Shown here piece after piece: positions 1 through 14,137 of a stretch of 64,000 bases of DNA. Every line of letters begins with the position of its first letter. Position 1 is the first letter of the stretch. Origin of the DNA: Vezdaea acicularis (lineage: Eukaryota); assembly GCA_026025075.1 (NCBI GenBank), contig JAPEUI010000060.1:1-64000 (forward strand), given 5' to 3'. A program made the translations under genes and the position numbers. The notes beneath the pieces were generated by a model. That model saw only the letters and a list, made by a program, of their open reading frames with translations. It had not been told where the DNA came from and did no database searches.

Positions 1-330
1 TTACCATCGGCGTCGGTATCATCGGCATCGTCACCATTATCATCAATATCACCATCGCCATTTTCACTATCACATTCGCCATCATCGCCATCACAGTATC
101 ACCATCATCACCACCATCATCGTTAGCTTTGCCATCATCACTATCATCAGCGCAACCATCATCAGCACCGTCATCATCACTATCAACGGCACCATCATCA
201 TCACCATCACCATCTACAACACCTCCACCCTCATACTCTTCTTCACCACCACCACCACCATCACCGCCACTACAACATCTCCTCCACACAAACCATCACC
301 ATCTCCCGTCTCTTCCCCCCCCCCCTTCCT
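1..330. repeat. Degenerate (CAT/CAC/CAY)n trinucleotide low-complexity tract
   Basis: Run of catcat/caccat/cgccat units. The Asp/Gly-rich minus-strand reading shifts frame, so it is not supported as a CDS. Confidence 0.7.
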
Positions 331-1598
331 TTCTCATCTTCATCCCGCCTGATCCAGCCAGGCTCGCAGCATCATCCTCTTCCCTTTTAAACCTCATCTT
401 TCCATCTCCACCAAAAGGGAAGAAAGAAATATAAATATATACAGGCATAAACAAGCACCGGGCAACCACCATCTCCTTTTTGTCTTAAGGGCGGGCAGGC
501 AGGCGGTTTTAGTCTTTTTTCGATGCTTGCTGTTTCGTCGTTATTCTTTATTCTTTCATTCTTTTGCGACTTGATCATCATCGTCATCATCAGCGGGAGG
601 CGCGCCGGGTAACCCCAGTTACAGTTTCTCTGCGGCAAGCACCTAAGGGAAGGAGGGGAGGAAGGGAGGCTTTATTGTCGTCTTTATTTTTTCGCGAGGG
701 GAATTGCATCGTTAGCGCGTATTGTTCTCGTCTCGTACCCCCTTTTTTCCTAGTTTTTTTTATCAGCGGTGATAGCGAACAGCGAACAGCGACAGCAAAT
801 ATTAACAGCGACAGCGGTGATGGGTACAATGGGGATAGGGCCGGCGGCAAACTCTGATTTTTTCTTCGCATGGGCGGCTTTCTTGTCTTCTCTCTCGAGC
901 GTTCAGTTGTTCTTCTTGTTTCTGTGCCAGGAGAAGAGGGGGGGAGGGGGGTGGGGGTGGTGGTGACTTGCTGCAGGGGTATGGTGGGTTCGTTGGGTTG
1001 GCTCTGGATAGTTTTGCTGTCTGGTAGCCTTGGATAGTTCACTGTGTGGTAGCTTTGAATACTAAGCCCAACCTACCTACCTATCTACCCCTCGATCTTC
1101 AACAAGAGAGTGAAACCAAATGAATGCCTCAATCAATCCCGGTGTTGTCATCTCATCTCGTCTCGTTTCGTCTGTTGGTCAATCGTTTGCTATCTGCTCT
1201 CCGGTGTCAATCGTCTGGCATACGCTATCTGGTGCCTGTTATCTATCCTCCGTCGTCTGTCGTGAGAATCATCCAGAAGACCTTGGAAAGGACGTGGACC
1301 GGCTGGGAAAGGCTGGGAAAATGGGGGATCCGTTGGTTTTCACACCCACTTCACCACTTCCCTCTCACTCCCCTTCCCTCACTCCCCTTTACTCTTGTTG
1401 CGTGGGGTGGGGTAGTCCCGAGTTTCCCTTTATCCTCCGGTCCTCCCATCTTTTCTCATCCCTTCTCCTCTCCACATCTGTTTGAAAAGGAGAATGCGGC
1501 TTGTCGGGGTTTTGGGGGGGAAGTGTGCGGTGTCGTGGCCTCTGCACTTTAGTCTTGGGTGTGTGTGTGTGTGTAGGCAGGCAGGCCGCTTGTAGGTT

Positions 1599-1655
1599 GG
1601 GTGGGGATTGGGATGTGGGGATTGGGGATTGGGGACTGGGGTGTGGGGTTTGGGG
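1599..1655 (+). repeat. G-run repeat (GGGG-NNN)n, G-quadruplex-competent, next to a (GT)n microsatellite (~1558-1574)
   Basis: gggtggggattgggatgtggggattggggattggggactggggtgtggggtttgggg: nine runs of 3 or more G with 1-4 nt spacers. Confidence 0.7.
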
Positions 1656-1997
1656 TATGGAGTTCAGATGTAGACATAGATCCCCACACAAGTGCCAAAC
1701 ACGATACCCGCCACGACGACGACGACAGAGACGAAAAAACAGTGATGGATAACGTGGAAGGAATAGATGGCCGCTCCTACCACTTATGACTTCCCACCAC
1801 GACGAAGCAAAGGCAGTCCCTCCCCCTCCCCCGTTTTCCACGCTTGCCACCCTTACACCCCATCCCCCAGCCTTCTCTGGACCGAGAACAAGACGGGGAA
1901 TATGACTTCGATCGAGCTCTTCAGAATTAGGTGTCCCGCCACCATTGCCCCTCCCTGAAACATTCCCAGCCGGGCAAAAAAAGGAGGAGACACGAAC

Positions 1998-3658
1998 TCA
2001 ATCCACCTCCTCAAAGCGCCCGTCCCGCACAGCCGCTTCAACGGGATTAACAACATCCATGACCCCCGTAGCTCTCAGCCGTTCAAACAGCACAAACAGG
2101 CGTTCAGCCTCTCTCTCTTTCTCCTCCTCGCTCATCTCCGGTAGTTCCACAGGGGACTCCATATCTAGGCGCTGTCCCGTGATGGGGTTGTGCATACTTC
2201 CGCCGACGCTTTGGCCGGGCGGACGCACTGGCGTCGTGGTCGTTACCGCCGCTTCCGCAGAGGCGTCTCTAGCGGAAGCGGGGACGGGCAGGTGATGCGA
2301 GAGCAGAAAGCCGGCCGCGAAGCCATACCCCACGTTCGCCACGAACCTATCGGCGTCGCGGCCGGAGAGCTCGAAGAAGAGTGCGGAGATGGAGTCGCGG
2401 AGGGCAGGGACCATAGGCGAGGTAGACAGATTCAAGAGGCGGGCGGCGAGGGTGTCGGATTGGCCGAGGGGCTTTTTGCGTTCGTCGTCTGAGGGGAGGA
2501 GGAGGGTGTGTATGTGCGCCCGGACGTCGTCGGGGGCGAGATCGTGGACTTGGCGGATGAGGGCGAGGATGGGGCTGGCGAGTTCGTCGAGGGTGGTGGG
2601 GGGGTAGTCGATGGTGGTCCGGTCGAGGATGAGGATTAGATGCTCGGCGTTGCATTTGGGGTCGAACGCAGGGAAAAGGGGGGTGGATGCGGAGGATCCC
2701 TTTTGCGGGCCGGCGAGGTCGAGGTTGATGAGTGCGTTGATGAGGTAGTTCACTGGTTGTGTGAGGGCGGGAGAGGGGATGGGGTGGCGCGTGAGGATCT
2801 TGAGGATGTGCGGGATCGAGGGCGTGAAGACATCATGCCGGGCGGGGTAGAAGTGCGTGATGTTGAAGATGAGCTTGAGGGTTTCGGAGAGGGCGAGTAT
2901 GTCTAGATCGCTTGGTTTCTGCTGCGGGCGGGATCCTTTGGAGTAGAGCTTCGAATGACGCGCGATGTTCTGGCATGACCGTCAGCTTTCACAAAGGGAG
3001 TAATATGCGCCGCTACAATCATCTGCCTTACCTGATTGATGCTGTCTGCCAGCTGGTGCTCGTCAACCAGCACTTCAAAGCTGACATCAGTCTCATATGT
3101 CGTCAAGAACAGGAGACGCGAAACCAAAAATTCGTCGTCTCTGTCATCGTTCTTGAGCCGCTCCGCCGCTTTGGTCGCATATCCCAAGTCGACCAGCGTC
3201 TGGCGCGTACTTGCGTTCAGCACGAGCGCATTCGCGAGGCATCGGAGGGCCTCGCGGGAGACATCGAATGGCTTGTAGTCGAATCCGTAGGTGCACAAGG
3301 TGGATATCCCCTCGTTCGTGAAGATGGGGTCGGCGTCTTTGATCTGGCGGCCGTGGACCTTGAGGCGCTCGAGAAGCGACCTGGTTTCTGTCCGAAGTAT
3401 GTCAGTCGGAATAATGTCTTCTCTTGTAGTTAGGGGCTGAGGAAAGAGTGAACCTACGGTCGACGCTGAGACTCTTCTCCGACAGGTCGGCTTTGAGTAC
3501 GTCGAGGATGCGCGTTACCTCTTCAAGTTTGGCTACCGCCTTGAGTCAGCGGCTGCGAATAGATAGCTCAAATCAGGGGGCAACCCACCTTTCCCGCTCT
3601 TCTCAGAAGCACTGCTCGACTGCGTGATGGACGCAGCGGTGTCCGCAAGTGAAGACAT
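1998..3658 (-). CDS. RIC8: Ric8/synembryn guanine nucleotide exchange factor (multi-exon)
   Basis: ATG at 3658. Spliced exons give SREALRCLANAL, DDEFLVSRLLFLTTY, LLLPSDDERKKPLGQSDTL, FVANVGYGFAAGFL and NPITGQRLD...MSEEEKEREAERLFVLFERLRATG, typical of fungal Ric8. Introns ~3533-3588, ~3381-3457, ~2970-3031. Confidence 0.9.
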
Positions 3659-4361
3659 GATGCGGGTTGGTGACCGGTACGGTACGAGTGAAATACAAAA
3701 TTAGAAAGTCTATGCCACTATCATGGGCTTATGATGTCTCCAAATTGTCGGTATATGCTACATGTGTGAATACAGGTGAGAGTATCCCGAAGCTCTGGCT
3801 CCATTGCTCCGTCGCTGAGTCTTGATACGGTATGTTTGATGCAGTCGATCCTTTGAACAGCCGAACACCGACAACGGGACAAAAGCTCCGTCGGGAACCC
3901 CGCATGTTGGTCAATCACCGCGACAACTAGCTTTCTGACGATGACGAGAAGCTCTCTTTATCACTGGCGTACATCTGAGCGACTGCAAGACCGTATTTAA
4001 CGGTATACTCGACCCAATTCAGAGCTGAGAAGCTCCATGCGTCCCCCGGAGAGCACTCCCACTGCCTTTCTGGGCCTAGCACCAGCGGGCCGCGGCTCGC
4101 TTGAAAGGATGCAGGGATGACGCGCACGATGCCGCCGATAGAGATTCTCGGGCGCGTCGCCCAGCGCTCGAACACGCCTCCACGAAGCGAACAGCACCGC
4201 GCTTTGTCCTTGCTCCCCCTCTGTATCAACCTTAGTGTCCCCATTGTACTTCCCACCCAAGCATGACGCTTGGAACATCTCCTCTCCGCAAGCCAAGCTC
4301 TTGCTCTTGATCATGTTGATTGCAGTTACAATTCCGTACACCCTCCAGTCGTCCTGGAACG

Positions 4362-7300
4362 ATGGTGCTGTCCGCAGCAATGGCACCGATCCTCGAAGGC
4401 CTTCCTGCACGACCACCAACCCCTCCCAGAGAGTCTTTGAGAGCAGCCACCATCTACGATAACGAGAACGGCATCTTGAACGTGACACACAACGCTCGAT
4501 GGCATAGCAAGCCCACTCCATACACCCCGCCGGGCAAGACAACCTCATCGACATCAGGATCCGACGACACAGACTCGAGGTCTGGTAAGCGTTCGAAATG
4601 TGTCACCTTTGGCCCGGAATGGACGAAGTATCATAGAGCACCCACGTTCTCAGGGAAGACGGCCAATTCTCTTTGTGACACGCCGCCAAAACCGCTGCCC
4701 CCTTCGCGGGAGAGGAAATCTCATACGATGAAGTCCATTCTCAAGCCCTATGACCAGGCTCCCTCGCTCCAGCCAGACAATCAGCAAACTCAATGTGGAT
4801 TCAACCTCTCAGCAACTGACTGTAGAAGCTCTCCGGAAATGCTTCGGTCTCTGATGCAGCAACTTGCTAGCGAGACGAGGAGTGCAAGATTAGACGCGTA
4901 TCTTGCACTTGGGGGCGTGTTGAAGGCGCACGATGGCGCACCCCCTATCGAAGACCTGGCCGATTTCATCGGACCGCTGATGCAGTTCATCCGTCGAGAT
5001 CTTATGGCCGAAGTTGCTGACACTGGTGCCATCGACACACCTCTGGCCACTCAAGCCATCAAACTCGCAATCGCCTTCTTATGGTTCCCGCAGGTATCTA
5101 GGAAGATGAACAGCGACTTCTGCACATACCTTGTAGATCATGCCATTAGGTCGATCGAGAATCCAAATATACCAAAGGCATTGACCAATCACTACATGCA
5201 TTTCCTCGGGCAACAAAAGTTTTCAAGCCAAGTCATGACTATGGCGCGTGCCACTCGGCTCCTGAACACTTTGGATGGGAGTGCAGATAGTGTCAGGGGC
5301 AATAGCGCTGCAGCGGAAAGACTCCTGATCTACCAACGACTACTGGCACAAGCCCCGTCCGTTATGGCCAGCAATCCGGTGCTATGGGTCGATCACCTCT
5401 TCGTTGGCATGCTCAGTAGTGTTGCCGGAGTCCGATCCCGTGCCATCAACTTTGGCACCGACGCAGCCTTGACGCTAGGAATCCAAAAGGCCGTGTCAAG
5501 CACAGTTTCGGACGTATTTAATCGAGACTTTGAAGGGGGTACTTTCGCCGCTTACCTGGCGGACCGGCTTCAAAAGATGGCGTTGGACAAAATCGACTCT
5601 CACCACGTCCCACGGATCTGGACCGTCGTCATATTGTTCCTCAGAAGCAAACATCACCAACTAGAAAGGTGGGAGCACATGAAATGCTGGCTGGAGATTA
5701 TGGAAAAGTGTTTCAACTCGAGCGACATTCAGCTGAAATTTCAAGCAAACCTGGCCTGGAATCGATTTGTCTTGGCGGTGAACCCGGATGAAGACACCGA
5801 CAGAAACATGATACAAACCCTCCACCGGCCTATAAGTGGTCAGCTCAAGCGGAGGGCGCAGGGGAAAACTTCAAAGGAAACCCGCAAATTTGCTCTTTCT
5901 AGCCTGTGCAACCTGTTATACTACAGCATGCCTCCGATGAGCTCCTACTCTCGGCTGGATCTCTACTGGCAGGAATACGTCTCGCGCGTCTTTAGGTCCT
6001 TTTTGGGTTCGTCGGCCCAAGAAGCAAATCAAGGCTGTTATGTGCTTGCGGCAATGTTCGATGGGTCTCAGACCAAGTCGTGGGACGTCAACAGAGCAAT
6101 TGACCTAAACCTGGTACGGCCCGAGGAAATCTCCAGGCTGGACCCTAGATGGGTGCGATCTAGAACAAATACCATCATCCAGGTCATCGAGCTAGCACTG
6201 AGTCGAGCACCATGGATTATAGCATCTGCGGTCGAGCCACCGGTCAAACAGCTTTGGACAAACTTTATCGGGACGCTTGCTGACGCTGGTGTGAAAGAGA
6301 TAAAAGTCTCAAATGATCTGATGGAGGCGATAGCAAGTCTGTTCAACATGTTGCAGCGGATTTGGGAGCGTGGCCCGGACGCTCTCGGGAAGCCCTCCGA
6401 AAACCCAGAAGAGGATTTTGTGAGGAGATTCACGTTCTTATGCAATACGATGTTGAATGGTTTGGGCACGATCAGCTTCACGGAGAAAGTCCTGTCGCAA
6501 GACTTTGAAGGACACTACGAGAGCGTTGCGACGACGTCTGCTTCTCGAAAGCTGAAGAACTATGCCGTACCTCCAACATCGCCAATCATTCTTCTCTTTC
6601 GACTCTTCTCCAAACCTCCCTTCCCCCTAACCCCAAGCGAGACTTATTACGCCGCAGTTCGCAGTCTTCTGGATCGATGTCTCTTTTCTCGAAGCTCCAT
6701 GAACTTCTCGAAAGAACTTCTCGCTGATTGTGCTGGTGTCCTTGATACCCCCCCTGACGCGGACAGTCCAATTGTGTCAATCGAGCTTGGAAATGTCCTC
6801 ACTAGTCTTGCTCGTGAGCACACCATCGACTGGACGCTCATGCCTCATACTGCGCCAAACAACACTGATGACGGATCAATACACCTAGAGACTGACCGAG
6901 GGCTTAGTCGAGAATCCGAGGCTTTGGCCGTCGAAGTGACAGACCATGAGCCCCACACGCCATTGTCACCGAATCGTGAAATCTTTCTCGACGCGCCTTC
7001 AAGTCCAATTTCTATCACTTTCTCCGGCAGAGCAGTCGAGGACGATGATTTTGGGGCTTCTGAATCCATTCCAGAAGTCCAGATCGAGGCGCTGGCTGTT
7101 AGTATGGCATCCGCCGAAGAGATGGAAAATTTGAAACCGTCTGTCACGACCATAGATCCGCGAGAGTTGCATTGTGATGGCAGTCAGTCTGATCACGATC
7201 TTGTGAGCACTGCACAGCCTTCAGCAGTGTGTAAAGATACTGCCGTGATTGGGCCTGATGCAAGGCCTGAGCTCGACACTATTGCAATTTCTGGAGGGGC

Positions 7301-8771
7301 GTTTGGCCTAGCAGACGTGACCTCGACCGAATTCAGAACGCAAACATCTCTGGATATCTCTGAGAATATGAAAACGAATTTGGAGTCAAAAGCCGTGATT
7401 TCGACGGATTCGAATCAGACGGCTGACAGCGAGATGCTGACCACCAACGATCCTGAACTGTTGCAGCACCGAACCGAGAGCAACACACAAGAGAGCTTTG
7501 CACGAGATACTGAGACCCCAACACGGTCGAGGAAGCGGAAGCGGAGGGTACCACTAGGGAGTGCTGAGATATCATCAAAGAGGACGAAGCATGAAGTGCC
7601 CCCTAGAACTGATCTAGACGACGCAGTTCAGAAGCATACCAACGTTGACGCAGCCCCCTTGATACCCATAGCAGCAGCTTCAGATATCAGCTTACGTGCG
7701 ATTTCACCTCCTAACGCACCCTCGAACGAAGCTCCTTCAGCTTCAGCTGTCCAATCTGATTTATCGCTACGCTCAACGCGAGCTACGATTATCACTCCAC
7801 CTAAACAACTTGGTCTCGACTTTAGCTCCGCTCATATCCTGAGCAAACGTACGAGAGGCAAGAGGAACCACCTAGGAATGGCGCCGCATAAGGGCTTGGA
7901 TCTTACTGAGAGTGTCCAGAGCCCTCTTGAAAAGCACCATCAAGGTTCCCAAGAAGACATGACAAGTTCTCATACGGAAAGCAGCGCTGGGGTGCACTCT
8001 TTTCCTGTCGATGGGAAGAGTGCGCATCGCTCTCAGGCAGTTCCTACAGATCCTTCTTCATCGAGGTCAAAGAAGAAGAGATCATCAATCCCATCTGACG
8101 ACGGGGCCAAACCTAATGAATCTCTCGAGCATGAGGGAATGGCGGAGGCTCAGGGGGAAGAGCACCTTCCGGAACTCATGAGTACAAGATCTCAAAGACG
8201 ACGATCATCGCGACTAAGTGGGGCCCCGAGTATGACAGTCTTTGAAAACGACGCAAGTTACGACACTGATAAATCTATGCCTGCTCAACTCCAAAAATCG
8301 TCCGAAGATGAGCCCAAGACCAATGTGCCTCCACGGCGGATAGAATCTAGTCCAGTTTTGAGGAAGAAGAGAGGACGACCCAAGCGTAAAGCTCTAGATG
8401 TGGAGGAGCGAGAGAGATCTCTAGAGCCAGGCGCCAGTGAAGTGGAGCAACCAGACGAGGGTTTTCAGCATAAGCCACGGGACGGCGACCACCATATGGT
8501 CAATGCAGACATCGACGTTGAGGAGTCAGAGAAGGCTCAAATGACAGAAAGCGTGCAGTTTGTTGCGTCGAACAAGGCAACCGGGGATCGCTCCCAGGCG
8601 AAGAAAGACAAGAAGGCTGTTGAACGGCCCAGTAGAACACCTCTAATCGCTGATCTGACTAGAATCCTAGGCGACTTTCGCAAAGCCAGGCTGGACGAGC
8701 AGGACATCAGAGAGATGCAAAGCGTTGTATCAGATCTCTTCATAGCATTACAGGAAGCTAGGGACGACTAG
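4362..8771 (+). CDS. RIF1: Rap1-interacting factor 1 (telomere length / replication timing regulator), intronless
   Basis: First ATG at 4362. N-terminal LPARPPTPPRE, PP1-docking KCVTF (RVxF) and KSILK motifs, Rif1_N HEAT region (RLDAYLAL, WLEIMEKCFNSSD...ANLAWNRFV), long disordered C-terminus with AT-hook-like KKRGRPKRK. Confidence 0.9.
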   Translation: MVLSAAMAPILEGLPARPPTPPRESLRAATIYDNENGILNVTHNARWHSKPTPYTPPGKTTSSTSGSDDTDSRSGKRSKCVTFGPEWTKYHRAPTFSGKTANSLCDTPPKPLPPSRERKSHTMKSILKPYDQAPSLQPDNQQTQCGFNLSATDCRSSPEMLRSLMQQLASETRSARLDAYLALGGVLKAHDGAPPIEDLADFIGPLMQFIRRDLMAEVADTGAIDTPLATQAIKLAIAFLWFPQVSRKMNSDFCTYLVDHAIRSIENPNIPKALTNHYMHFLGQQKFSSQVMTMARATRLLNTLDGSADSVRGNSAAAERLLIYQRLLAQAPSVMASNPVLWVDHLFVGMLSSVAGVRSRAINFGTDAALTLGIQKAVSSTVSDVFNRDFEGGTFAAYLADRLQKMALDKIDSHHVPRIWTVVILFLRSKHHQLERWEHMKCWLEIMEKCFNSSDIQLKFQANLAWNRFVLAVNPDEDTDRNMIQTLHRPISGQLKRRAQGKTSKETRKFALSSLCNLLYYSMPPMSSYSRLDLYWQEYVSRVFRSFLGSSAQEANQGCYVLAAMFDGSQTKSWDVNRAIDLNLVRPEEISRLDPRWVRSRTNTIIQVIELALSRAPWIIASAVEPPVKQLWTNFIGTLADAGVKEIKVSNDLMEAIASLFNMLQRIWERGPDALGKPSENPEEDFVRRFTFLCNTMLNGLGTISFTEKVLSQDFEGHYESVATTSASRKLKNYAVPPTSPIILLFRLFSKPPFPLTPSETYYAAVRSLLDRCLFSRSSMNFSKELLADCAGVLDTPPDADSPIVSIELGNVLTSLAREHTIDWTLMPHTAPNNTDDGSIHLETDRGLSRESEALAVEVTDHEPHTPLSPNREIFLDAPSSPISITFSGRAVEDDDFGASESIPEVQIEALAVSMASAEEMENLKPSVTTIDPRELHCDGSQSDHDLVSTAQPSAVCKDTAVIGPDARPELDTIAISGGAFGLADVTSTEFRTQTSLDISENMKTNLESKAVISTDSNQTADSEMLTTNDPELLQHRTESNTQESFARDTETPTRSRKRKRRVPLGSAEISSKRTKHEVPPRTDLDDAVQKHTNVDAAPLIPIAAASDISLRAISPPNAPSNEAPSASAVQSDLSLRSTRATIITPPKQLGLDFSSAHILSKRTRGKRNHLGMAPHKGLDLTESVQSPLEKHHQGSQEDMTSSHTESSAGVHSFPVDGKSAHRSQAVPTDPSSSRSKKKRSSIPSDDGAKPNESLEHEGMAEAQGEEHLPELMSTRSQRRRSSRLSGAPSMTVFENDASYDTDKSMPAQLQKSSEDEPKTNVPPRRIESSPVLRKKRGRPKRKALDVEERERSLEPGASEVEQPDEGFQHKPRDGDHHMVNADIDVEESEKAQMTESVQFVASNKATGDRSQAKKDKKAVERPSRTPLIADLTRILGDFRKARLDEQDIREMQSVVSDLFIALQEARDD

Positions 8772-9249
8772 GCGTAGATGGGATTCGTTTGCGTGTTGTG
8801 TCCTCTGCTTGTTTAGCGTTCTGGTCAGTCACGTTGGTATAAGGCGGTAAAGGGCGTAGTCAATTGATTCTCATTCGTATTTCCGTTTATCTGCTCGCAC
8901 AAATCTATTACTCGACATTGTACGTACTCTCACCGCCCAGTGGCTTCCCAGGCCATCCAATGCCGCGTCCGGCAGTGATGTGAAACTCGCGCCTTGCATA
9001 AACTGTTTCGGCTTATGCACATCGCTAACGGGCCCCACCAACCACCACGGCCCGTGCATCATCAACGGCCACAGAACCCAAGCTTGTACAGTAAGTTGGT
9101 GATGCCCCGCTGACGTGGAGACCTTGAATGAGGCTGGTCGCGCCGTACCGTTCCGTCCGCCAGTCGAAGTACTTTATCGCAGCTACCCCGCTATCTGGGT
9201 CCCGCCCCGCTTCTCGAAAACTGCGCTCACTCACCGCTTTCAAGACTGA

Positions 9250-10736
<1,487 letters not shown>

Positions 10737-11924
10737 TCTCCATCCCCTCTCAAGCACCACAACAACTTCTTTTTCCTTCCATGGGTACCGCATCGTTCGT
10801 TGCTAAGTTTGCTTGCGAAGGCGGGGTTGCTCGAGGGGTTGTAGCTGCGCTGTCTGGTTTCGGTGTTTGGTTTGGTATGGCGTGGTGTGGCGTGCACTGG
10901 ATGTGGTGGGGTGGGGTGTGGTATGGGGCTTGTCCGTCATCTACAGTAGCATAGCATGTGCGATACATGGTGTGGCATCGTACGTTTATGATATATATAC
11001 TTCCCACCAACTCATCTCTTCTCCATCCCATCCCCTCCTCCTCCTCCCCCCCAAAGTCAAATCTAGAAACCTCGCCTAGCGAGCCAAGCTCCCCCACCTG
11101 AGCCCGCAAGCCGAATGTAACCCTCCCCCCTCTCTCTTCTCTTGCAGGAACGAAGCGAGCAGATCCCAAAACCACGCTCCGGTCCGTGCCGTGCAGGACG
11201 GGTTTTGGTTTGGCTTTATTGAAGTTGTTGGTTTTATTGAACTGTTGGGCCCAGAGAAAGGGAGGCAGGGAACGTGCTCATTCGGGAAAGGAGGTGGGAG
11301 TAAAGGTGGAGTGGGGGTTGGAGTGGGGGTAAGTAAGTGTGCTGGGATCAGTCGTTGTTGTGGTCGAGAAGTTCGTTCTTACCTCTCTCTTCTACTCTGC
11401 TCTACTCTGCTCTGCTCAGCTTAGCTAAGCTCAGCTCTGACCATACATACATACAAAATTTCCTATTACCGCCAACTACATGGGGATGAGGAGAATAGGT
11501 ATGGATAAGCGATCGACCGACCAACTCTAACTCTAACTCTAACTCCACCCCATGGGAAAAACAGAGAGAGAGAGAGAGACCAGCTCTACCCACCACGCAA
11601 TCCCTCCTCCTCTCGAAAAACAAAAACGGATACGAAAACAAACACGCTTTCCCCCCTCCCAGCTGCTTTGCCAAAACAAGTTCCCCGAGCGCCTATCGCT
11701 GAAACCTAAACCCCGTCCTGATATTGTATTGCCGTTGTAGGCATTGTTATGTAACCTGCGCCCCCCGTGAACCGAGCCGAAAACCGAACCGTTGCCGTTG
11801 CTATGCTATGCTATCCCCCCCCCCCCCCGCAGACCTGACCGGATGAATGTGGAAAAATCTATGTTATGCTATGCACCCCCTGTCTGAGTTTGCGCCTTGA
11901 GGTAGGTATGGTGTGACCATCCCC

Positions 11925-13061
11925 CTAAACCTCATCCGCCCTCTCCCCGCCCTCTCCAGCTTGCTGCGGAGCCGAGACACCGAGATAATTCACCGAGATA
12001 TTCTCCTGCGTAGTCGTGGCAGTAGTCATGGTACTACTGGTATGAACCTCTCTCTTCGCCCCTCTCTTCCTCGTCGCCAGCACGACTTCACTCGGATGCA
12101 CTATCGCAAACAACAGCATAACGCCCAACATCGGCAGGGCATCCGCGACATAAAGCACCCACTCCCTACGCATGATCCAGCCGTCGTTGCTCTGGCGATA
12201 TTCGGCGACGCGGACGGCGCTGCGGAGGAGGATGAGGGCCGAGGCGGCGTAGAGGGCGCGGATGTGTTTTAACCAAGGGGTGGAGAGGGAGGAGAGGGTT
12301 GGCTGACGGGTGAGACGGTGGTGGAAGAGAAGGGTGAGGTAGAGGAAGATGCTGAAGAAGAGGATTTGGATGCTGATTCCGATGACGATGATGGTGGAGC
12401 CGAGGGAGAGGGTGTGGAGCGTGCCGTGGGACATGATGCCGCCGCCTGGGGGAGGGGGGTTAGCTCGGTTCGGTGGACTCTTTGCCTTGTGCGGTTCGTT
12501 CCAGAGTGGTGTAAGGGGTATGGGAGAGCTGGGTTGGGGGGAAGGGGGGAGTGTGAAGAAACATACCAATGGCTTGCAGCACCAAGAATACAATGTCCCC
12601 TGTGACAAACACTTTTGTCAGGTACCGGCGGCTGAGTAATGCAAGCCCCTCGCCGTCAACCATCAAGATGATTCGACCGAGCGTCATGTATATACTAGCC
12701 GAGAAGAACGCCGGGGCGAGCAGGAGGAGCAGAGCTTGCCATGTGTACGGCACCAAGGTCCAATTGGGGGTTTCGTAGGAGGATATGATGCGCCCAATGT
12801 AGCCCATCCATTCAACTGTTGCAACGGGTTCGGTTGTCAGTGAGGTGATTAAAGGCGAGAGAAAGGAAGGAAGGCTAGGAGGAGCAGCAGAAACTTACGG
12901 AACCCCCCAACCAGGAACGGCAGGAAATACCACGTCCGCCATCGAAGGAGCTGTGTAGAGTGGATGGCCGTCAAGAGAAGGAAGAGGGCGATAAAGACGG
13001 TGGCGGCGGCGACGGACGGCTTGTAGCGATAGAACTGCCAGAGCGGATTATGGAGGTTCAT
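11925..13061 (-). CDS. RTA1-like 7-TM protein (lipid-translocating exporter family), 3 exons
   Basis: FYRYKPSVAAA, LLAPAFFSASIYMTLGRII, TKVFVTGDIV, LILLRSAVRVAEY, EWVLYVADALPM, HP. Introns ~12817-12898 and ~12448-12566. Confidence 0.9.
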
Positions 13062-14137
13062 CGTCGGAGCTGTATGTAACTTGGTTATAGCTTTTGCTGT
13101 AGGTTAGTGGGCTCTACCCAGAGATACTCGAGCAAGAGCAAAATAAAAAGGAACCGCCAAACGCCAAAGCAAAACCGCCAACGCCTTGACAATCCAGTAC
13201 AACGCGTCTTCCTCCCCCCCAGCGAGGTTCTCCCATCTCTCTTATACTTTCCCCGAAAACCCACTGCGAAGAACTAAGATCAGCGGCGATCATCAAGGAC
13301 CATGGCCTGCAGTATCTCATCTCTGCATAAAGTTGCGGTAGCGAGGCGATAGCATGCGGTCTTTGAGAAGAAAACAAAACCTTGAAATTTTTCCTGCATC
13401 CTACGCCCGGGACAGCGGGGACTAATTGGCCTGCAGAAGTTCTGCAGTGCGTGCCCGTGCGGAACGTGGTGCTCGCTGGTTGGTCGCAGATCCTGGATGC
13501 CGGCGATGGGTGTTTGGTTCTTGGGTTATTCCGGGACCCAATGGAGCGTGGTGGGTCCCCCAATCGAAACCAGCGATAATCCGTCAGGGCTAGATGATAG
13601 GAGGGGTCTGGAGGATTTAATTCGTTGATTCCTGCAATTGCGCAGATAGTGCTCAAAATCTTGGCCTGCAGGCAGGATCCAAGATCCAAGATCTTCTGTT
13701 TCGACGACCAAGACGCTGAAGGAGCAGGTTCTTCCCTTACCTCGACAAGCTCTGGGAGCTTGGGTGATCATCACTCTCTCGGGCTTCGAATCTGTACGTA
13801 ATCAGCTTCATATACCGGTTCGAGTGAGCACAATGTCAGGTGATTCCGAGATGGTTGAGTCGGCTGTGCCTGGTACGGCTGAACCCCATTTCGCATGTTG
13901 TCTGGGCTCTCTAACCGGCGATGCGGGAATTTCGCGCCCAGGGCCCCAAGGCTGAGCCTTGCGTATCGACGATGCGCCATTATGTCGCACTCTGACGACA
14001 GCGATTGGAAGGCGGCCAATTACTTGGGTTTCGACCTAATGTAACGCGACATCCTCTGCCGTTGATTTGCCGTTTGCATCGTGGTGCTATCTTCAGCGCC
14101 AGCACGAATCACCACCCTTTCAGCCATCGCGAACACG

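Noticed and set aside
129..1960. Many short Pro/Ser- or Gly-rich ORFs
   Set aside because: They arise from low-complexity intergenic sequence, with no family motifs or coherent splice pattern.
4590..4750. Rif1 RVxF and SILK motifs at the N-terminus
   Set aside because: This is the normal arrangement in fungal Rif1, so it is not novel.
11524..11546. (CTCTAA)n as an interstitial telomere repeat
   Set aside because: It is not CCCTAA and has only about 3 copies within a simple-repeat-rich spacer.
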